A DNA stretch of 11,835 bases from Candidatus Methylomirabilia bacterium (GTDB lineage: Bacteria > Methylomirabilota > Methylomirabilia > Rokubacteriales > CSP1-6), in contig JBGQHJ010000150.1 of NCBI GenBank assembly GCA_041497895.1, positions 1 through 11,835 on the forward strand, in the 5' to 3' direction. The notes beneath the pieces are model-generated. The model had not been told where the DNA came from. It was given only the letters and a program-made list of their open reading frames with translations, and did no database searches. Below are positions 1-7,723 of this stretch, in pieces; position 1 is the first letter of the stretch, and each line of letters begins with the position of its first letter. The position numbers and the translations under genes are program-made.

Positions 1-30
1 CTGCGGGTCGTCGAAGCCACGAACGCTCAT
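1..30 (-). CDS. Possible 5' end of a gene running off the left edge (MSVRGFDDPQ...)
   Basis: ATG at 30-28 on the minus strand, open to the window edge, 100 nt downstream of the permease stop. Only 10 codons are visible and the RBS is weak. Confidence 0.3.
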   Translation of the reverse strand, partial: MSVRGFDDPQ

Positions 31-130
31 CTCGTGACTCGATCGAGACGGCGGAGGCAGGTTGCGAGTCAGCGGGTCCGGGGAGCCCGCCCCCCGCGCC
101 GCTCCCCTCCCGCCGCCCGCCGGTGAGTCG

Positions 131-976
131 CTAGCTCTTCACCGAGCCGGCAGTCAGCCCGGCGACATAGTAGTCGACGAAGAACGAGTAGATGACCGCG
201 ACCGGTATGGAGCCGAGCAGCGCCGCCGCCATGAGCTGGCCCCAGTAGAAGACGTCGCCCCGGATCAGCTCGGTGATGGCCCCCACCGGCACCGTGCGCA
301 CCTCGCTCTTGGACAGGAAGATCAGCGCGTAGAGGAACTCGTTCTGGGCCAGGGTGAAGGCGAAGATCCCGGCGGAGAGGAGCCCCGGGGTGGTCAGCGG
401 CAGCACCACGCGCCACATCGCCTGGAAGCGGCTGGCCCCGTCGATGCGGGCCGCCTCCTCGAGCTCGCGCGGCACGCTCTTGAAGTAGCCCATCAGGAGC
501 CACGCGCAGAACGGGATCAGGAGCGTGGGGTAGGTGAGCATCACTGCGCTGAGCGTGTTTCCCAGCTCGAGCTTGTTGATGATGTCGGCCATCGGGATGA
601 AGAGCAGCGGCTGGGGCACCAGGTAGGTGGCGGCGACTCCGATCGCGACAACGGCGGCCCCCGGGAAGTTCATGCGGGCGAGGGGATAGGCTATCATCGT
701 GCCCAGGACGAGCGAGACCGCGGTAGTCACGACCGCCACCAGCATCGTGTTGTAGGTCCAGGTGAGGAAGTTCGTCTGGGTGAGGAGATCGACGTAGTGC
801 TTGAACGTCGGGTGGTAGACCACCAGCGGCATGATCCGCGCGTTGTACAGCTCCGCGTTCGGCTTGATCGACGTGATCAGCATCCAGTAGAACGGGAACA
901 GCATCGCGACCAGGCAGACCGCGAGCGGCAGGTAGAGCCGGAGCATCCGGGAGACGATCCCGCGTCCCTCGATCAT
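131..976 (-). CDS. Carbohydrate ABC transporter permease (MalG/UgpE-like, CUT1), 281 aa
   Basis: C-terminal part of track ORF 131..1477. The real start MIEGRG at 976 overlaps the upstream stop (ATGA, 973-976). It has multiple TM segments and the EAA loop 'ELEEAARIDGASRFQ'. Confidence 0.93.
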   Translation of the reverse strand: MIEGRGIVSRMLRLYLPLAVCLVAMLFPFYWMLITSIKPNAELYNARIMPLVVYHPTFKHYVDLLTQTNFLTWTYNTMLVAVVTTAVSLVLGTMIAYPLARMNFPGAAVVAIGVAATYLVPQPLLFIPMADIINKLELGNTLSAVMLTYPTLLIPFCAWLLMGYFKSVPRELEEAARIDGASRFQAMWRVVLPLTTPGLLSAGIFAFTLAQNEFLYALIFLSKSEVRTVPVGAITELIRGDVFYWGQLMAAALLGSIPVAVIYSFFVDYYVAGLTAGSVKS

Positions 977-1908
977 GCGTCGCGCCGTATGTAGAGGGTG
1001 AGGGCCACGATCACGACCGCGAGGGCAGGCAGCATGGCCAGCGCCGCCGCCGCCCCCATGCCGAGCTGGCCGCCCGACATCCCGAGGTCGAACGCGTAGG
1101 TGACGAAGACCTGGGTGGCGTTGGCGGGCCCCCCGTGCGTGAGGGCATAGACGATCTGGAAGTCGGAGAAGGTGAAGATCACCGAGAACATGGTCACGAT
1201 GATCAGAATCGGCTTGATGATCGGCAGGGTCACGTGGAGGAAGCGCTGCTGGATGGTGGCTCCGTCGATGGCGGCCGCCTCGTAGAGGTCGGGCGAGATG
1301 GTCTGGAGCCCGGCCAGGATCGTGATGCCGTAGAACGGGATGCCCCGCCAGGTGTTCACGATGATGATCGACACCATGGAGAGGCTCGCGTTGCCGAGCC
1401 ACGAGAACCCGCTGCTGATCACCCCGGTATGGACCAGCACCCAGTTGATGACGCTGAACGTCGGGTCGAAGATCCACATCCAGGCCACCACGCTGAGGAT
1501 GGTGGGAACGATGAACGGCAGGAGGAGGAAGGCGCGGACGAGGCTGCGCCCGCGGAAGGCCTGATTGATCACGAGGGCCATCGCGAGGCCGCCCAGGAGC
1601 TTCAGGACCGTGGTGGCCGCGGTGTAGACGAAGGTGTTGCGGGTGACCTGCCAGAAGACCGCGTCGTGGGCCAGGGTGATGAAGTTGCCGAGCCCGACGA
1701 AGACGCCCGCCCGGGCGACCGGCCGATCTTGCAGGCTAAGCCAGATGCCGTAGAAGAACGGGTACGCGACGAACGCGAGCAGGAAGAGGACGCCCGGCGC
1801 CAGCATCAGCCAGCTGAACGCCCCTTCCCGCTCGAGCACGCCGCGGAGGGACAGGACCCGCAGCGCGGCCGGGGCCGGTCGGGCGATCGGCTCCGGCCGG
1901 ACCGCCAT
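973..1908 (-). CDS. Carbohydrate ABC transporter permease (MalF/UgpA-like), 311 aa
   Basis: Motifs 'FVGLGNF', 'LLLPFIVP', EAA loop 'DLYEAAAIDGATIQQRFLHVTLP' and 'LTHGGPANAT'; about 6 TM segments. Confidence 0.95.
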   Translation of the reverse strand: MAVRPEPIARPAPAALRVLSLRGVLEREGAFSWLMLAPGVLFLLAFVAYPFFYGIWLSLQDRPVARAGVFVGLGNFITLAHDAVFWQVTRNTFVYTAATTVLKLLGGLAMALVINQAFRGRSLVRAFLLLPFIVPTILSVVAWMWIFDPTFSVINWVLVHTGVISSGFSWLGNASLSMVSIIIVNTWRGIPFYGITILAGLQTISPDLYEAAAIDGATIQQRFLHVTLPIIKPILIIVTMFSVIFTFSDFQIVYALTHGGPANATQVFVTYAFDLGMSGGQLGMGAAAALAMLPALAVVIVALTLYIRRDA

Positions 1909-1911
1909 GGC

Positions 1912-3186
1912 CTAGCCCGCCTTGTAGATCTGCTTGAGCTGGGACGCCGCGGTGGCGATGACGTCCTTGGTCGCGTCGCCCCGGCAGGCCTTGGCGAACA
2001 TGTCGACCAGCACGTACTTCGCCACGCTCTCCGACAGCGCGTGCCCGGCGGGGCCGGGCCACCCGTGCAGGTGCGAGGTCTTCAGCGACTCCTTGAACGG
2101 CATGTAGCGCGGGTCCGCGTTCCACATCGGGTGGTTGTCGTAGCCGTGGAGGTACGGCGCGTAGTACGCCTCGCCCGCAACCAGCCAGCGCGAGAGCTGT
2201 TTGTCGTCGTAGAGCCAGCGCAGGAAGGCCTTGGCCGCCGCCGGATCGGGGGCGTGCGAGGCGATCGCGTGCGACTGCGGGTTGTAGAGGTGGTAGCGGC
2301 CCTTGGGTCCCTGGGGATTGAGCCCGTGGTCGGTGACCTTGGCGATGTCCGGGAAGTCCCGCTTCGCCACGATCAGGATGGACATCGCGTTGTTGGTGCA
2401 GGAGATCTGCTCGGCCAGGAACGCCTTGTTGTTGTTGACGTCGGTCCAGCCCAGCACGTCCTCGAGCATCGTCTCCTGGTAGAACTTCCGGCAGAAGTCC
2501 ACCGCCTTCGCGGTCTCGGCCGAATCGATCACGACGGTCTTGCCGTCCTTGTCCACCTCGCGGCCGCCGTAGGACCACAGCAGCGGGTACATCCAGCCGT
2601 GGTTGTCGCCGAAGCCGTGCCCGATCTCGAAGCCGAAGGGGTGCCCCTTCTTCTTGAGCATGCGGCCGACGGTGAGGAGGTCCTCCCACGTGTCCGGGAA
2701 CTTGGTGACGCCGACCTCCTTGAACCAGTCGGTCCGGTAGACCTCGAGCTGCCCGATGTTGCCCCACGGCAGCGCCTTCCACTTCTTGTTGACCACCACC
2801 GCGTCGAAGATGTTGTCGTGCCAGGGGCCGATCTTCTTGCCGATCTCGGCCGCGACGTCGCTCACGTCCAGGAGGCCCTGATCGAACAGGTGGGGCCAGT
2901 TGACGCCGGTCGCAACGATCTCGGGGCCGGACTTGGTCTCGACGATCGTGGTGAGGCGGGTGAGCATGCTCCCCACGCTCACCGGCTCGTAGCCGACCTT
3001 GATGCCGGTCAGCTTCTCGTACTCGGGCGAGAGGGTCTTCACGAAGAAGTCGTCGAAGCCCTTGATGAACGAGCTCTCGTGGACGACGGTCATCGACTTG
3101 ACCGCGGCGCTCGCGCGCCGGGGAGCCACCGCGGCGGCCGCGCCGCCGACCAGGGTCGTGGTCAGGAACTCTCGTCGAGTGCTCAT
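1912..3186 (-). CDS. ABC transporter extracellular solute-binding protein (family 1), Tat-exported, 424 aa
   Basis: Start corrected to ATG at 3186, with SD GGAGGAGG just upstream. Twin-arginine signal MSTRREFL...ASA; motifs 'YRTDWF' and 'PDTWEDL'; lies directly upstream of two permeases. Confidence 0.92.
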   Translation of the reverse strand: MSTRREFLTTTLVGGAAAAVAPRRASAAVKSMTVVHESSFIKGFDDFFVKTLSPEYEKLTGIKVGYEPVSVGSMLTRLTTIVETKSGPEIVATGVNWPHLFDQGLLDVSDVAAEIGKKIGPWHDNIFDAVVVNKKWKALPWGNIGQLEVYRTDWFKEVGVTKFPDTWEDLLTVGRMLKKKGHPFGFEIGHGFGDNHGWMYPLLWSYGGREVDKDGKTVVIDSAETAKAVDFCRKFYQETMLEDVLGWTDVNNNKAFLAEQISCTNNAMSILIVAKRDFPDIAKVTDHGLNPQGPKGRYHLYNPQSHAIASHAPDPAAAKAFLRWLYDDKQLSRWLVAGEAYYAPYLHGYDNHPMWNADPRYMPFKESLKTSHLHGWPGPAGHALSESVAKYVLVDMFAKACRGDATKDVIATAASQLKQIYKAG

Positions 3187-3350
3187 GAGGCCTCCTCCGC
3201 GGGTCGCGGACGGGATGAGGGGCGGTTCACTGCTCGCGAGGCAAGATGCGGGGGACGCGCGCGGCGTGCAGCGCACGGACAGGACGGTTCGAGATCGGGC
3301 ACTAGCCGCATCCGTGCCTCCGAGACGCCAACCGGTCTGACGTGTGCGGC

Positions 3351-3379
3351 ACTCTAGGGCCACCCGCTCGTCCTGTCAA
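3351..3379 (-). promoter_or_regulatory. sigma70-type promoter of the ABC operon
   Basis: Minus strand: TTGACA (3379-3374), 17-nt spacer, TAGAGT (3356-3351). Confidence 0.75.
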
Positions 3380-3401
3380 GGCATCCGGCCCCGTTTTCGG
3401 G

Positions 3402-3430
3402 TTGACCGGGGTCCGTCCCGGCGCTAGGGT
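3402..3430 (+). promoter_or_regulatory. sigma70-type promoter of the DUF6632-like gene (divergent, back-to-back)
   Basis: TTGACC (3402-3407), 17-nt spacer, TAGGGT (3425-3430). Confidence 0.6.
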
Positions 3431-3505
3431 CGGGCCGCCCGACCGCCCCGGGGCGGCCGGCGCGTGGCCCTGGGCCCGCTTCCGTTTTCCCGAGGAGGAT
3501 CAGCG

Positions 3506-3889
3506 ATGTCCGATCAGAGTCGGGTCTCCTACCTTCGTATCGTGCTGGTGGTGGTCGGCCTCATCTTCGTGCTCGGGATCTACCCACTGGGCAAGATCTG
3601 GGCATCGGGCTGGACGTGGGGGACCGGGCACTCGCACTACCTGATGATGATCATCGGGATCTACGCGACGCTCGGCGTGTTCCTCCTGATCGCCTCCCGC
3701 GACCCCCTGATGCACCGGAGCCTGATCTGGTTCACGGTCTGGTCGAGCGTCGTGCACGCCGGCATCATGGCGGTGCAGGCCTTCGGCGACCCCGCGGAGC
3801 GCGGCCACCTGTGGGGCGATGTGCCGGCCCTCCTGGTGGTGGCGGTCGTGCTGGCCGCGCTCACCCCGCGCGGGCGCGCGAGCGCCTGA
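3506..3889 (+). CDS. Small integral membrane protein, DUF6632-like, 127 aa
   Basis: SD GAGGAGG at 3492-3498, ATG at 3506. About four hydrophobic segments; motifs 'MIIGIYATLGVFLL.ASRDP..HRSLIWFTVWSSVVH' and 'GHLWGDVPAL'. Family recognised from memory. Confidence 0.85.
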   Translation: MSDQSRVSYLRIVLVVVGLIFVLGIYPLGKIWASGWTWGTGHSHYLMMIIGIYATLGVFLLIASRDPLMHRSLIWFTVWSSVVHAGIMAVQAFGDPAERGHLWGDVPALLVVAVVLAALTPRGRASA

Positions 3890-3896
3890 GGCCAGC

Positions 3897-4295
3897 CTAC
3901 CCGGCCGGGGGACCGGCCGGGGGGTTCACCGCTTCCATGAGGGCCCCGAGCCCGCGATGGAAGGTCGGCGCCCCGCCCGGGACCACGCAGGCCTCCAGGA
4001 CCTCGAAGAGCTCGGCGGGGGTCGCCCCGAACTGCATCGCCCGCCGCATGTGCGCCACCAGCCCCGCCCGCTCCGATCCCCGGAAGCAGAGGAGCGCGAT
4101 GGCCACGAACTCCCGCACCTTGGCGGAGACGTGGTGGCCCTCGCCCAGGGAGAGCTCGTAGAGCCGGTTGTAGGCGGCGACGAACTCGGGGTCCTGCCGC
4201 GCCGCGAACTCCCACTCCGGGTACATGTAGCCCCGCGCCGCCTTCATCTTCGCGATCAGCGCTTCGGCCTGCTGCTCTCGTTTCTCGTCGGCCAT
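3897..4295 (-). CDS. Carboxymuconolactone decarboxylase/AhpD-like family protein, 132 aa
   Basis: Motifs 'DPEFVAAY', 'KVREFVAIALL' and 'HMRRAMQFGATPAELFEVL'. No CxxC. Starts 3 nt after the ACAD stop. Confidence 0.85.
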   Translation of the reverse strand: MADEKREQQAEALIAKMKAARGYMYPEWEFAARQDPEFVAAYNRLYELSLGEGHHVSAKVREFVAIALLCFRGSERAGLVAHMRRAMQFGATPAELFEVLEACVVPGGAPTFHRGLGALMEAVNPPAGPPAG

Positions 4296-4298
4296 GGT

Positions 4299-5489
4299 CT
4301 AGTCCTTTGGTAGGCCCAGCACGCGCTCGCCGATGATGTTGCGCTGGATCTCGCTGGTGCCGCCCGCGATCGTGTACTGCCGCGCGCTCAGCACCCGGTT
4401 GTACCAGCGCGGGCCGTCGGGAACCTGCTCGCTCGCCCGGTTGAGGAGCGCGTGCGGCCCCAGCAGCTCGCCCGCGAAGTCCGCGATGCGGACGCCGAGC
4501 TCGGAGCCGAAGAGCTTCAGGATCGAGCCCTCGGGGCCGGGGGGCTCACCGCGGAGCTGGCGGGTGAGGTTGCGCATCCGGGTGTAGCGCTGGCAGGTGG
4601 CCTCGACCATCAGCTGGGCGAAGCGCTGGCGGATCACCGGATGCTCCCACGCGGGCCGTCCGTCGAGCTGCACCCGGGTGGCGAGGACGCGCAGCCGCGC
4701 GAGCTGCTCCTCGTGGCCGCGCCCGCCGCCCCCCTTGCGCTCGTACATCAGCGTGGTCATCGCGGGCTTCCACCCCTCGTTCTGCCGGCCGATGAGATTG
4801 GCCTTGGGGACGACCACGTCGACGAAGAACACTTCGTTGAAGTGGCGGTGGCCGTTGAGCAGCACGAGCGGGCGCACCGTGATGCCCGCGGTGCGCATGT
4901 CGACGAGCAGGTAGCTGATCCCGCGGTGCTTGGGCGCGCTCGGGTCGGTGCGCACGAGGAGGTAGATCCAGTCCGCGAACTGCGCCCCCGAGGTCCACAC
5001 CTTCTGCCCGTTCACCACGAAGTGGTCGCCGCGGTCCTCGGCCCGGGTGCGGAGGCCCGCGAGGTCGGACCCGGCGCCCGGCTCGGAATAGCCCTGGCAC
5101 CAGATGTCGTCGCCGCCGAGGATGCGCGGCAGGAAGCGGCGCTTCTGCTCCTCGGTGCCCCACTCGATGATGGTCGGCCCCGCCATCCCGATGCCGGAGT
5201 AGCCGGGGAGCACCGGGGCGCGCGCCCGGAAGCACTCCTCGTCGTAGATGACCTGCTCCATCAGGGTCGCCCCGCGTCCGCCGTACGCCTTCGGCCAGGA
5301 GATCCCCACCCAGCCCGCGGCGTACATGCGCTTCTGCCACTCCCGGCGCCGCTCGAACGTCTCGCGGTCCGGGGCCACGCGCTCGTCCGTCGGATCCTCG
5401 ATGCGCAGGTCGTCGCTGAGATTCGCGGCGAGCCACCGGCGTAGCTCGGCGCGGAAGGTCTCCTGCTCCTCGGTGTAGGTGAAGTCCAT
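4299..5489 (-). CDS. Acyl-CoA dehydrogenase family protein, 396 aa
   Basis: Start MDFTYTEEQ at 5489. Motifs 'WCQGYSEPGAGSDLA', 'VNGQKVWTS', 'FNEVFF' and 'TIAGGTSEIQRNIIGERVLGLP'. Confidence 0.95.
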   Translation of the reverse strand: MDFTYTEEQETFRAELRRWLAANLSDDLRIEDPTDERVAPDRETFERRREWQKRMYAAGWVGISWPKAYGGRGATLMEQVIYDEECFRARAPVLPGYSGIGMAGPTIIEWGTEEQKRRFLPRILGGDDIWCQGYSEPGAGSDLAGLRTRAEDRGDHFVVNGQKVWTSGAQFADWIYLLVRTDPSAPKHRGISYLLVDMRTAGITVRPLVLLNGHRHFNEVFFVDVVVPKANLIGRQNEGWKPAMTTLMYERKGGGGRGHEEQLARLRVLATRVQLDGRPAWEHPVIRQRFAQLMVEATCQRYTRMRNLTRQLRGEPPGPEGSILKLFGSELGVRIADFAGELLGPHALLNRASEQVPDGPRWYNRVLSARQYTIAGGTSEIQRNIIGERVLGLPKD

Positions 5490-5529
5490 GGGCCCTCTTC
5501 TAGCACCGGTGCGCGTCCGACTCAAGGCA

Positions 5530-5538
5530 TGCTACGAT
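5530..5538 (+). promoter_or_regulatory. Possible extended -10 promoter for the LLM gene
   Basis: TGcTACGAT (TGn-TAnnnT) about 40 nt upstream of the predicted start; no clear -35. Confidence 0.35.
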
Positions 5539-5579
5539 GCCCGTACTTCAGCGCGTCATTCCTGGCCACGGAGGCGGCA

Positions 5580-6794
5580 TTGGCTCACAAGGGCATGAAG
5601 TTCGGCATCTTCCTGGCGCCGTTCCACAAGGTCGGCGAGAACCCCACGCTCGCGATGGGCCGCGACATGGAGCTGATCGAGTGGATGGACTACCTCGGCT
5701 ACGACGAGGTATGGATCGGCGAGCACCACTCGGCGGGCTGGGAGCTGATCGCCTCCCCCGAGGTCTTCATCGCCGCCGCCGCCGAGCGCACCCGCCACAT
5801 CATGCTGGGCTCGGGGGTCACGAGCCTGCCGTATCACCATCCGCTCATGGTGGCCAATCGCTTCGTGCAGCTCGACCACATGACCCGCGGCCGGTCCATG
5901 CTGGGCATCGGGCCGGGCGCGCTGGTGTCCGACGCCTACATGATGGGCATCGAGCCGGTGACCCAGCGCCCGCGCATGGAGGAATCGCTCGACGCGATCA
6001 TGCAGCTCCTCCGCTGCGAGGAGCCGGTGACGCTCAAGACCGACTGGTTCGAGCTGCGACAGGCCCGCCTGCACCTCGCGCCGTACAGCGACCCGCACTT
6101 CCCCATCGCGGTGGCCAGCACCATCACCCCGGCCGGGGTGATCGCGGCGGGCAAGCACGGGCTCGGGGTGCTCTCGCTCGGGGCGGGCCTGCCCGGCGGG
6201 CCCGAGGCCCTCGGCAACCAGTGGAAGATCGCGGAGGACACCGCGGCCAAGAACGGCAAGACCATGGACCGCAAGAACTGGCGGCTCGTGGTCAACGTGC
6301 ACGTGGCCGACGACGACGAGCTGGCGCTGCGCGAGGTGAGTCGGGCGGAGCGGCACGAGACCGTCACCTACTTCGAGGACACCCTCGGGCGGCCGCCCGG
6401 CCGCGCCGACGATCCGTTGCGCGAAGGGGTGAAGATGGGCACCACCCTGGTGGGCGCGCCCGAGACCATCATCCGCGGCATCGAGCGGCTGCAGGGCCTG
6501 AGCGGCGGCGGCTTCGGCGGCCTGCTCTTCCGAGCCCACGAGTGGGCCACCCGCGAGCAGACGCTCCGTAGCTACGAGCTGTTCGCGCGCTACGTGATGC
6601 CCCGCTTCCAGGGCTCGCTCACCACGATCCGGGAGTCCAACGAGTGGGCCCGGAGCAACCGCAAGACCATCTTCAGCCCGAACGTGGAGGCGGTGCGTCG
6701 CGCCTACCTCGACGCGGGGCGCGAGGTTCCCGCCGAGTACCGCAGCCGCACCGCGGGAGCGCGGGACCTCGACGAGTCGGAGCCGCCCCGCTAG
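5580..6794 (+). CDS. LLM-class (luciferase-like) flavin-dependent monooxygenase, resembling limonene 1,2-monooxygenase-type proteins
   Basis: Motifs 'KFGIFLAPFH', 'GYDEVWIGEHHS', 'LPYHHP', 'LDHMTRGR' and 'SYELFARYVMP'. GGAGG at 5570-5574 precedes TTG at 5580; alternative start ATG at 5595. Confidence 0.92.
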   Translation: MAHKGMKFGIFLAPFHKVGENPTLAMGRDMELIEWMDYLGYDEVWIGEHHSAGWELIASPEVFIAAAAERTRHIMLGSGVTSLPYHHPLMVANRFVQLDHMTRGRSMLGIGPGALVSDAYMMGIEPVTQRPRMEESLDAIMQLLRCEEPVTLKTDWFELRQARLHLAPYSDPHFPIAVASTITPAGVIAAGKHGLGVLSLGAGLPGGPEALGNQWKIAEDTAAKNGKTMDRKNWRLVVNVHVADDDELALREVSRAERHETVTYFEDTLGRPPGRADDPLREGVKMGTTLVGAPETIIRGIERLQGLSGGGFGGLLFRAHEWATREQTLRSYELFARYVMPRFQGSLTTIRESNEWARSNRKTIFSPNVEAVRRAYLDAGREVPAEYRSRTAGARDLDESEPPR

Positions 6795-6821
6795 GGGCGG
6801 GCGCGGTCGGCCGGAGGGCCG

Positions 6822-7322
6822 GTGGGCCTCGAGCTGCGCGACGCGCGGCGCTCGGCGGCCGACCGGGAGTGGCTGACCAACGTCTATCCGTTCTACCTGC
6901 ACGACCTCTCCGAGTTCGACCTCACGTACTACACGCTGGACGATCGCGGCGTCTGGATGCCGGATCATCGGGCGAGCTGGCTCGAGGACGACGGCGACCA
7001 CCCGCTGATCATCACCGAGGCCGGCCGCCGCGTCGGCTTCGCGCTCGTCAACCAGGCGCCGTCCCCCCACATGCGGCCGGGCATGGACTACCGTATGTCG
7101 GAATTCTTCGTGCTCCGCTCGCACCGCGGGCGGGGCATCGGCCGCCGCGCGGTCTTCTCCCTCTTCGATCGGTTCCGCGGCAAGTGGGAGGTCTTCGAGC
7201 TGGCCCGCAACGCGGTCGCGATCAGCTTCTGGCGCCGCGTGATCGGCGAGTACGGCGGGGGTCGCCACCAGGAGACGACGGACGCGGCCGGAGTGTGGCA
7301 GGTCATCGATACTACCGGGTAG
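6822..7322 (+). CDS. GNAT family N-acetyltransferase (COG5628-like), 166 aa
   Basis: GGAGG then a GTG start. Motifs 'YLHDLSEF', 'EFFVLRSHRGRGIG' (acetyl-CoA motif A) and 'NAVAISFWRRVI'. Confidence 0.9.
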   Translation: MGLELRDARRSAADREWLTNVYPFYLHDLSEFDLTYYTLDDRGVWMPDHRASWLEDDGDHPLIITEAGRRVGFALVNQAPSPHMRPGMDYRMSEFFVLRSHRGRGIGRRAVFSLFDRFRGKWEVFELARNAVAISFWRRVIGEYGGGRHQETTDAAGVWQVIDTTG

Positions 7323-7343
7323 TTCGTTCTGCTCTTGGTCGCG

Positions 7344-7363
7344 CCGCCCGCGCTCGCGGGCGG
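7344..7363. terminator. GC-rich hairpin after the GNAT gene (possible terminator)
   Basis: CCGCCCGC-GCTC-GCGGGCGG, an 8-bp stem 21 nt after the stop. No U-tract follows. Confidence 0.35.
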
Positions 7364-7393
7364 AAAGCCGGAGTCCCGCGGCGGTTGAGACCC

Positions 7394-7409
7394 GGGCATG
7401 GAAGTTGCT
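7394..7409 (+). promoter_or_regulatory. sigma54 (-24/-12) promoter motif
   Basis: GGGCATGGAAGTTGCT: GG(7395-96)-N10-GC(7407-08), close to the consensus TGGCACG-N4-TTGCW, about 40 nt before ATG 7449. Confidence 0.65.
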
Positions 7410-7448
7410 CCCTCCTCGCTGAAACAGCGCCGAAGAAAGGAACGTCCC

Positions 7449-7683
7449 ATGCTACGACCGGTCAAGAACATCCTGAGCTACAAGATCCTCGCCACCGACG
7501 GCGAGATCGGGGCTCTCCACCGCCTGGATCAGCCGCGTGGCCCCGGAGCGCGAGACGGTGGTGATGAACATCGAGAAGAAGCGGATCCGAGAAGCCCCGG
7601 AGTATCGCCCGGACGCTGACTTCACCCGCGAGTACGAGACGCGGCTGCACGACTACTATCGGTTCCCGTACTACTGGCGGTAA
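7449..7683 (+). pseudogene. PRC-barrel domain protein pseudogene (internal deletion plus frameshift)
   Basis: SD AAAGGAA, then ATG 7449 encoding MLRPVKNILSYKILATDGEIG (PRC-barrel N-terminus). From 7513 the +1 frame encodes LSTAWISRVAPERETVVMNIEKKRIREAPEYRPDADFTREYETRLHDYYRFPYYWR* (typical C-terminus; TAA at 7681-7683). The core strands between these parts are missing. Confidence 0.8.
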
Positions 7684-7688
7684 GACCA

Positions 7689-7723
7689 CCCCTCACCCTG
7701 CCCTCTCCCCTGAGGGGAGAGGG
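7689..7723. repeat. boxC/PIT-like extragenic palindrome (potential intrastrand triplex)
   Basis: CCCCTCACCC-TG-CCCTCTCCCC-TGA-GGGGAGAGGG: a perfect 10-bp stem (7701-7710/7714-7723) plus a pyrimidine mirror arm (7689-7698, 9/10 match). It lies between convergent stops. Confidence 0.8.

Noticed and set aside
977..1477. N-terminal extension making the second permease 448 aa
   Set aside because: It is an out-of-frame overlap with the first permease. The ATGA-coupled start at 976 gives a normal-sized protein.
1135..3357. 740-aa plus-strand ORF and other long antisense or alternate-frame ORFs (62..994, 1736..2782, 4452..5444, 5556..7268, 7783..8925, 8801..10459, 9036..10178, 10114..10977)
   Set aside because: These are shadow ORFs of well-supported genes, expected at high GC. 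They are R/G/A/P-rich or antisense-patterned, with no recognisable motifs.
3187..3363. 59-aa N-terminal extension of the binding protein
   Set aside because: It would start inside the promoter. The strong SD and Tat signal define the start at 3186.
3900..3924. CCGGCCGGGGG direct repeat at the convergent DUF6632/CMD ends
   Set aside because: It is a short GC-only duplication encoding the PPAG-PPAG tail, with no evidence of function.
7506..7516. Programmed +1 frameshift in the PRC gene
   Set aside because: Restoring the frame would still leave the barrel core missing, and there is no recognisable slippery site. A deletion explains it better.
7398..7619. 73-aa ORF as an intact gene
   Set aside because: Its start lies inside the sigma54 motif, and after 'DGEIG' it reads out of frame relative to the PRC-like C-terminus.
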